A stretch of 64,000 bases of DNA from the human T2T-CHM13v2.0 reference genome, Homo sapiens, in assembly GCF_009914755.1 (NCBI RefSeq), contig NC_060931.1; one strand, given 5' to 3'. How positions within the stretch are numbered: the first letter of the stretch is position 1; each line of letters starts with the position of its first letter. This document shows, one piece after another, positions 51,289 to 64,000 of the stretch. Below the pieces are notes generated by a model. The model was not told the origin of the DNA. It saw only the letters and a list, made by a program, of their open reading frames with translations, and did not search any database. Both the position numbers and the translations under genes were made by a program.

Positions 51289-51967
51289 TAAATATGGCAG
51301 CAATAAAGTAACCAGACTAAAGGGAGAAATGCATTATGGGAATTAGGTCTGGTGATCAGAAAGGCTCCCGTAGGAGTAGGTACAGGGTGCTACAGGAGAG
51401 GCACTCGGCCCAGTCTTGGAGGATAAAGGAATGTGTCTGGAAGAAGTCATGTCTCTGCTGAAGCTTAAGGTGAGTAGGAGTTAGGCATCCAGGGGAGAGA
51501 GGGCTTGTGGGAAGAAGAGTGGGAGAGCAGGAGGAGGTAGGTAGGGTGTGTCAGCTAAGAGTGTGCTTGGCTGCAGGTGGCAGCACACTGAGCCAACAAT
51601 GGCATACGTGGCAGAGACATTTAACAATCTCACACACACACACACCCCACCCCGCCCCGGCAGATGGTTTCAGAATGAGTGCGGTGTGAAAGCGCCAGGT
51701 CTCCACCTTTCCATCCTGCAGCATCCTTGGGCCTGTCAAGGTGATTGCCAACAGCGTTAGGCATCATATCTTCCCCTGCCATGTTTAAGCTAGTAAAAAG
51801 ATAAGGGCTGGGTGCTGTGGTTCATGCTTGTAATCCCAGCACTTTGGGAGGCTGAGGCGGGCGGATCATGAGGTCAGGAGATCAAGACCATCCTGGCTAA
51901 TGCGGTGAAACCCCGTCACTACTAAAAATACAAAAAACTAGCCAGGCATGGTGGCGGGTGTCTGTAG

Positions 51968-52294
<327 letters not shown>

Positions 52295-53773
52295 TGATCC
52301 GCCTGCCTCGGCCTCCAAAGTGCTGGGATTACAGGCGTGAGCCACCGTGCCCGGCCTGAACTTGCCATCCTTTTATCAAGGAGTACATTTTTTTCCAGAA
52401 GCTCCCCATGAAACGAACTTGTGAGTGTTGATTGGCAGAAATTGATGGCACACGGCCATCCCAAAACCAATTAGTGGCAAGTGGGAATGGGCTTGCTGTA
52501 TTAGACATGGACCAATCGTGGTTCACTCCCTGGACTTGGGGAGGGCCTAGCTTCCCTGAAAGCCACCAGAACAAAAGTAGGGAAGCCAAGTAGGGAAAGG
52601 TGTTGTGTGGGCAGCCAGTGTCTACCACATAGACGACGTGGTCAGAGACAAAGGTGATAGACCACAGAGACCTCTGTGACTTGTTATGGAGTGCAGACTT
52701 TATTCTAAGGGTGAAAGAGATGTGTCCGATGGTTTCCTCATGATCCGATTCAGGTCCTGTATATAATGTAGGTGAAGTTGTATCTCACCTACTGCAGCAC
52801 ACTGGAAGATACATGATGTCAACCTAAACTCTGTTCGTGATGTCAACTTTGATCACTTGATTAAGGTGTCCACCTCCATCAAGGAACATTCTAGAAAATA
52901 ACTGGTGTGGGCTGTTTAAGACTCCCAACTCCAACATTCTAGAAAACAACTGGTGTGGGCTGTTTAAGTCTCCCAACTCCAACTCCCCAGGTGCCGTGGC
53001 TCATGCCTGTAATCCCAGCACTTTGGAAAGCTGAGGCGGGCAGATCACGAGGTCAGGAGTTCAAGACCAGCCTGACCAACATGGTGAAACCCCTGTCTCT
53101 ATTAAAAATACAAAAATTAGCCAGGTGTGGTGGCACACGCCTATAATCCTAGCTACTCAGAAGGCTTGAATCGCTTGAACCCAGGAGGCGGAGGTTGTAG
53201 TGAGCCGAGATTGCACCACTGCACTCCAGCCTGGGTGACGGAGCAAGACTTTGTTTCAAAAAAAAAAAAAGACTCCCAATTTCACAAAAGCCAAAAACAA
53301 AAAAAAAGGCTGAGGACCTTGTCTCTAGTCCCAGCTACTTGGGATACTTGGGAGGCTGAGGCAGGGTCACTTGGGCCCAGGAGTTCAAGGCTGTGGTAGC
53401 TATGACTGCACCTGTGAATAGCCACTGCACTCTACCCTGAGCAACACAGCAAGACCCCATCTCAAAAAAAAAAAAAAAGACTGAGGTGAAGAACTGTTCC
53501 AGATTAGACTAAAGAAAGATAAGAACTAAGTGCAACAACTGATCTCAGATTGGCTCCAGGATTGCGGGGAAAAAAAAAAAAAAGCTAGAAAGGACATTAT
53601 TGACCAGGCACAGTGGCTTACACCTGTGATCCCAGCACTTTGGGTGCCTGATGCAGGCAGATCACTTGAGTCCAGGAGTTTGAGACCAGCCTGGGCAACA
53701 TGGTGAAGTTCCATCTCTACTAAAAATACAAAAATTAACCAGGCATAGTGGCCTGCAACTGTAATCCCAGTTA

Positions 53774-53953
<180 letters not shown>

Positions 53954-54197
53954 TTATAACTAACATATTAATTTGTTATATTAAGATTTGTAACTAACAT
54001 ATTTATTATTATAGTAAATAACATTGAATTAATGTTAAATGTCCTAAATTTAATTGTATTACAGTTGTAAAAGAGAACTTCCGTGTTCTCCAGAGATACA
54101 TACTGAAGTATGAGGAGTGAAGAGTCTCATGTCTGTGACTTACAAAATGACTCAACAAATAATTATATCACTATTACTATTACACAGATACACATAT

Positions 54198-54228
<31 letters not shown>

Positions 54229-54389
54229 AAGCAAATGTGACAAAATGTTCACAAGTGGTAAATTTAAGGAAACAGGTATATTGATATTCATTATTCTCAC
54301 ATATTTTGCAACTTTTCTGTAGGTTTGAAAGTTTTTAAGGAAAAAAAGAAATACATAGGAGGTGGAGGTGCTATGACTTGGTAACTAAC

Positions 54390-55293
54390 TTCCTGGGGGC
54401 CATTAATCAATCTGTGGTGGATGATGATACCTTGGTCTGAGAGGTAGAGGAGAGCAGAATCTGAGGTGGGGAGCAGAGGCAAACATCAGGTTTGACATCA
54501 ATTGAACTGAGGTGGGAGGTGATGAGACACCAGGTGGAGACTGTCATGAGGGAGCAGTATGAATTAACAGGGGTCAGGAACAAACTGAGATGCAGATCTG
54601 CAGGTTGGCAGTCTATGGGTGGTGGCTGAAGCCAAGAGCTTGTGAGATCACCTAGAGGGCAGGTGTGGATGGGCCCATATTCTTGGGCTCACTTGCACTT
54701 AAGATCTGGGTGCAGAAGTAAGAATCAAGCAAGAATGGTTACGCTCATGAGCAAACCAGCTATTTCATTCAGGGTTCCTATAAAAATAACCATTAGACTT
54801 GCGATTTTCTACCACTTTAAATCTCCTCCTAGAGACACTCTTGTATTGGTTAACTTCTCTCCAGGTGGGGGATTACGAGGCTTTTGTCAACATCTTCCTT
54901 GGGAGCGTGATATGGTAAGAAGCCTACAAATACATTTGTGATATAAGCATGCAAAACAGAGGTACACTATATGCTACAATTAGAACTACGATCCTCCCAG
55001 GTTAATTCATTCCTGAAAACAATTCTCAGATCAAATAAGCCCATATGAAGTTATTTTAAATGAGAAAATAGGAATGTATTCCTAGCCTGTGCAGAAACTC
55101 CAGTTTCTCCAAATATCACTAAAACCCTCTCAAACATCTATAAAACAATCCTCCAAACATTTCTGCATAATATAAACATTTAAACATGAATTATCTAATT
55201 ATTTAACACTTAATGAACTCCATGGTGATTACGTTTGCAATAGTACACAATGATATGCACTCTATTGAATGAGAATTAGATATCCTCCCCAAC
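54390..55293 (-). pseudogene. Cluster of four candidate exons (61, 51, 231, 47 nt): GWGGYLILIQ*..., ...YLEKLEFLHR, LLTISRSQG...KIASLMVIFIGTLNEIAGLLMSVTILA*FLLLHPDLKC, PRYHHPPQID*WPPG
   Basis: Acceptors gttgcag|, ttgttttatag|, tatttgtag|, ctctcctctacctctcag|; donors gtaatc, gctagg (degenerate), gtgagc, gttagt; introns 95, 163, 256 nt. Confidence 0.55.
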
Positions 55294-55520
55294 CTGCAAC
55301 TAACATGTACAGTAAAGCAAACAACAACATAATAGTGAGTTAAAGATAGATAATTAAATGCAACAAGATTTAGCAAACTGAAATGGACAAATGGGATTTT
55401 TTTTTTAATGGCTACTTGCCGAATGATTCTGATAATGGAGCACTGGGGCAACAGACAACCCTCCCATTAGTGATAATTAGAAAAGTGGGCAAAATATACA
55501 AAATATCTACTCAAAGATAA

Positions 55521-57961
<2,441 letters not shown>

Positions 57962-57962
<1 letters not shown>

Positions 57963-58854
57963 TGATTTTATTAAAATAATCTAAGCTTGCATAACATGGA
58001 AAAATGTGTCGGTAACAAAATGTCTAAGTGGCTCTGGCCTTGAGGAGATTTACAGGTTCATGGGTTACAGATTTCACTTATTAAATTAGGTAAGTAACAC
58101 AGGGAATTCCCAAGTCTGCTTGTATGATTGTCTTACAAGTATGGTATTTGCGATAATATGCTATTTATACACACCACCTGAGACTACCCTGTGCCCCTAG
58201 ACATCCCGTGACTGGTCCCATCTCTGTCCTATGGAAATGAACTGAGTGAGCAGTGGAAAAATCCACATGCACTTTTCAGTTCACCTGTATTGAACTCTAC
58301 AAAATCCTTTCCATAGGAAGTTTTCCTCACTGGGAACATACCCAGCAATTAGGACAATATCTAAAGCATAAGGATTATTGTTAACTAATAACACACAATA
58401 TGCATTAATAGTTTTGTCCTTTTGTTTGTTTATAGCTTTTATTGGCATTGATTCAGTATTTCCAACAGTTTTTTTGGTGACTAGATGGCAGGCATTATTG
58501 GAAGATCTGCAGTAATTGTTCACCATTTCAGCTGTTGGCACAACAAGCAAGAAACAATCTTCTTACTCTCCAACTCCACATTCCAGTTATTAAATCAAGC
58601 TCTCCTGAGAAGGAAATCCTTACGCCTTTACAAACATGTAACCTTCCTAAACTATGATGGATTATGTTCCTGATGTGTCTATATAAGCCCCACCTTCCAT
58701 TCTCAACTAGCAGTAACCTCTGTGTCCTTTGACATCCAAATTGTTTTCTTTCATTCATTTGCACTTTCATTCAACGAATGTTAACCAGGACCTTCCAGAT
58801 TCAAGGTATTGTGCATTTCCTTTTATTTAAAATTATTTTAGCAGCATCCCTGGT
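57962..58854 (-). pseudogene. Cluster of five candidate small exons (63, 81, 76, 41 nt and one cut by an LTR-derived duplication); reading frame uncertain
   Basis: Acceptors ttatttttag|, ttccttctcag|, tgctttag|, gtctcag|, ctcctcaag|; donors gtcctg, gtgaac, gtgaac, gtaaga; introns 187, 163, 107, 98 nt. Confidence 0.45.
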
Positions 58855-59131
58855 CTAAAAATAAGATAAAATATTTTGTGGACTGGTCATATCCTAATCT
58901 CTAAGTTACTTGAGAACAGAAGGATCTTACTCTACTCTTATTAACACAATAGTTGGCACTTGGTGAGTATTTATTAAATATTTGATGCCTTGAATCTTGA
59001 CCAAATTCTAATTCAACTCAATTCCAATTCCAATCCAATCAGCAAAGCAAACAAAATCAGCCCACGGTAGTGTCCAACCCCTCCCTCTCTTCCATTGCCC
59101 ACTTCTAAGTACCACCTTCCCTGGCACTAAT

Positions 59132-59475
59132 TGTTAAGTCTAATTAGGGAAAAGGAGTCAGGATGGTGGGAGCAGGGGGAAGCAAAAAGAAGCAGGTAAA
59201 CTACAAGTCTGCCATTCTTTATGGTCCAGACACACAGCCCTCCTCTGCAAATAACTCACAATCTTCCTGCGCCCAACAATTACAGCATAAACACTATTCC
59301 ATAAAATCCCCAGCAAGCCTTTCTTTGCAGTTGGCTGCTCTTCTGCTGATTCTGCCTGTTGCCTTCTCGTACCTTCCTACTTTCTCTAACAAATCTGCCT
59401 TTATCTACAACTGTCTTGGTAAATCCTTTTACCCACGTACCACCAGCCCAGACAGCTGCCCCTCACCCATGATAC
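59132..59475 (+). mobile_element. Solo ERV LTR (LTR47-like)
   Basis: tgtt...agggaaaaggagtcagg...aaataactcacaatcttcctgcgccc...ctgtcttggtaaatccttt. Confidence 0.55.
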
Positions 59476-59673
59476 TAATCTTTTAAAAGGTTGAGTCTGC
59501 ATTTTGGATACTACATCACACATGCCTTAAAAACAAACATTAAAAGTAACTCACCCTCCTTAGAACCCTGATGGTTGGCTTTTATAGCAGGGCACGATGG
59601 TATAACCAGTAAGGCCAGAGCAGGTGGCCAGCCCCCCAACCCTCCCTGCCTTGTATCAAAACCCTCAGGTTTC

Positions 59674-62068
<2,395 letters not shown>

Positions 62069-62339
62069 GCTCTCGATTAGCCCCATCTGTGGGGGCTGGG
62101 GATGCTCCAGAATTTCTAGGGTTCAAGGGCAGCAGCCTGGTTGCAGGTGGGGATCAGGGCATTTCTTGGAGGCTGCATCTGCGGGGCAGGCTCTGTCCTC
62201 TGTGAATTGGGGGCCTTGCCAAGTTCCCCCAACCCTTTTATCCCTGCTGCGCCATCTTGGGAGCAGGGAACTGCTTGGGAGCAGGGGATTCTGTCCCAGG
62301 AAGGGTCGAGAAAGTTCCTGGGGGGCTTCAGGGGCTTTC

Positions 62340-63250
62340 CACAGAGGGAGCACGGCGGGGGCGGAGGCTCCCTGCAGGGAGCAGCGCTGAGGTAGACTGG
62401 CTCTGACCTTGGCTCTCTGAAGGGAGAAAAACTTAATCGTTCTTCAGGTCCAAGAGCTCCAAAGACCCCCAATCCTCAGTAACTCATCTCCTGACAAAAG
62501 ACCTTGCGAAACTGCCAAAGCGCCACACTTCGGCTCGCGATTGTGAGGAAATTGGTTGAGGAACGGAGTGGGACGCCCATGCCGCTTCGCCAGCACTTGC
62601 CAGGCGTTCCGTGGGGCAGCATCTCCTCTGAAGGGCCGCCGACAGTACCACGCCAATGGAACGGCGTACCCTCCTCCACTGCAGCCTGCCTAACCCCGGA
62701 CTGCGCGCCCGAGCTGTGCGCATGCGCGGACCGTCCGCGCGGTCGCAACGCGCAGGCGCCGTGTCCACTTCCGGGATCTGTCAGCCGCTCCCTCTGGGCT
62801 TCCGTCCTCCGCCCGCGCCCGACGGAGCCTGTTCGCGTCGACTGCCCAGAGTCCGCGAATCCTCCGCTCCGAGCCCGTCCGGACTCCCCCGATCCCAGGT
62901 AACGGCCAGCAGGGGCGAGCGTCTCACCCTGTCGGCCTCTCTTGTCCAGGCCTGGCGCCGGACTTGCCGCGGGGGCAGTGAGACGGGGGCTCAGGCCGCG
63001 GGGCCCCGAGGCTGAGGCGCGGCCGGGTCTCCCTGCCGGGGCCTCCTGAGGGGGCGGGGATCCCCTTTCTCCGTGGATCCCCTGCAGCTTTTCTCAGGAT
63101 GTTCGAGCTCCTAGCCGCCTCCGATGCCCGAATTAACGGCCCCTTCTGCGCCCCCAGGGTCCTACTTGCACCTCTGCTGGGGGCATTTGTCACCGTCTCT
63201 AAAATTGTGTCAAGTAGGAGGATCTCCCGTAATCGAGCGACCCGCGGGAC
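62340..63250. promoter_or_regulatory. CpG island / TATA-less housekeeping promoter
   Basis: High CpG density; CCAAT 62653-62657, NRF1-like TGCGCATGCGC 62717-62727, ETS CACTTCCGG 62766-62774, GC boxes near 62357 and 62807. Confidence 0.9.
62770..62898 (+). other. ARPC1A: Non-coding first exon, probably of actin-related protein 2/3 complex subunit 1A
   Basis: Donor cccag|gtaacg at 62898/62899 inside the CpG island; no ATG; gene identity from known synteny (ARPC1A follows MYH16 at human 7q22.1), not from coding sequence; start approximate. Confidence 0.75.
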
Positions 63251-64000
63251 TATTCATCTCTTTAGTGTCTAGAGTCGATCCCTGCATACAGTAGGCGCCC
63301 ATAGGATGTTTGCCTGCTCTCTAGGGCAGCCCTCAATCCTTCGGTTAATGGGGAACCTTCTCGATCTCGAGAAAAACCTTCTCCCGAGTTCTTTTAAGAT
63401 TTCCCTGCATGAGTACCGCCTTCCCCCAAGTCAAAATTGCACCCTTCTCGGCGCTCTTATTCATTTAGTGGAATCTTTTATGCCAGTCCTGGCACCACCA
63501 CTTTGTTGAGTGATCCTGGGAAGATGCTTCTCTGCGCCTGTTTCCTCATCTGCAATAAAAAGATTCTTACCGTTTTGCTAAGAATCAAGTGAGCTTATTT
63601 GCATAAATTGCTTAGAATAGTTCCTGGCCGAGAGTAGGTGATCAATAAATATTAGCTATTATTACTGCTTCTGGGCATTCTATGCATATCCGTCTTCCTT
63701 TCCTTTTCTATCTCCTCCACTCTCCCCAAACACCAACCCTCCAGACTTGAAGACCAGAATGGTGTCAGCCTTATTTATGTTTCTAGCCCCATCCCGGTAT
63801 TTACAACACTGCTGGGAACATGATAGGCACTTAATCAGTTATAGCTTAGAATCTTTGATTATAAAGCCATCTGTTCTCCTGCAGCTTTGGAACCTTCTGT
63901 CTATGTCAACTCGTAGCTTAAATTGCCGAGATTATCTTAGTTCTGCCCTCTCTCCTCAATTTTATCTAGTCTTGTGGTTTCACATAGGGCCTGGGTTTTC

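Noticed and set aside
58524-58604. FLLVVPTAEM resembling helicase motif Ia in one frame of the minus-strand cluster
   Set aside because: That frame has several stops and no motif I or II in the expected positions; the frame of this cluster is unresolved
59548-59590. Minus-strand TATAAAA followed by a strong GTGAGT donor
   Set aside because: Spacing leaves almost no room for an exon after a TATA-driven start, and no matching acceptor was found
62476-63193. Overlapping Pro/Arg/Gly-rich ORFs in the CpG island
   Set aside because: Expected from stop-poor GC-rich sequence; the exon here looks non-coding

Overview
Primate (human-like), Alu-dense genomic DNA. (1) Plus strand, 221-~48020: the 3' two-thirds of a sarcomeric class II myosin heavy chain gene, with 29 coding exons (end of motor domain, converter, IQ neck, full rod) and one inferred non-coding terminal exon. 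It carries a 2-bp frameshifting deletion at 2026/2027 that gives TGA at 2060-2062; this is the known human MYH16 (masticatory myosin) pseudogene lesion. The 1269 codons in the later exons remain in frame with no internal stop. (2) A CpG-island promoter and non-coding first exon at ~62.3-63.2 kb, most likely ARPC1A (call from synteny; no coding sequence is in the window). (3) Main new observation: on the minus strand, ~46.0-60.8 kb, the non-repetitive islands between the Alus form a chain of about 16 splice-signal-bounded segments. The last ten join with consistent codon phase into a ~417-codon, protein-like frame interrupted by 12 stops and followed by AATAAA. This looks like a second, older, decayed multi-exon gene, antisense to the MYH16 3' end and head-to-head with the CpG-island promoter. 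I cannot name its family, and it was assembled by hand, so it needs comparative confirmation. Other oddities: an isolated ERV gag fragment with 7-bp direct repeats, a young L1PA2-type 3' end, a GC donor plus an Alu-duplicated acceptor on one MYH16 exon, local duplications and a near-adjacent inverted AluY pair. Repeat family names are from recalled consensus sequences and repeat boundaries are approximate.
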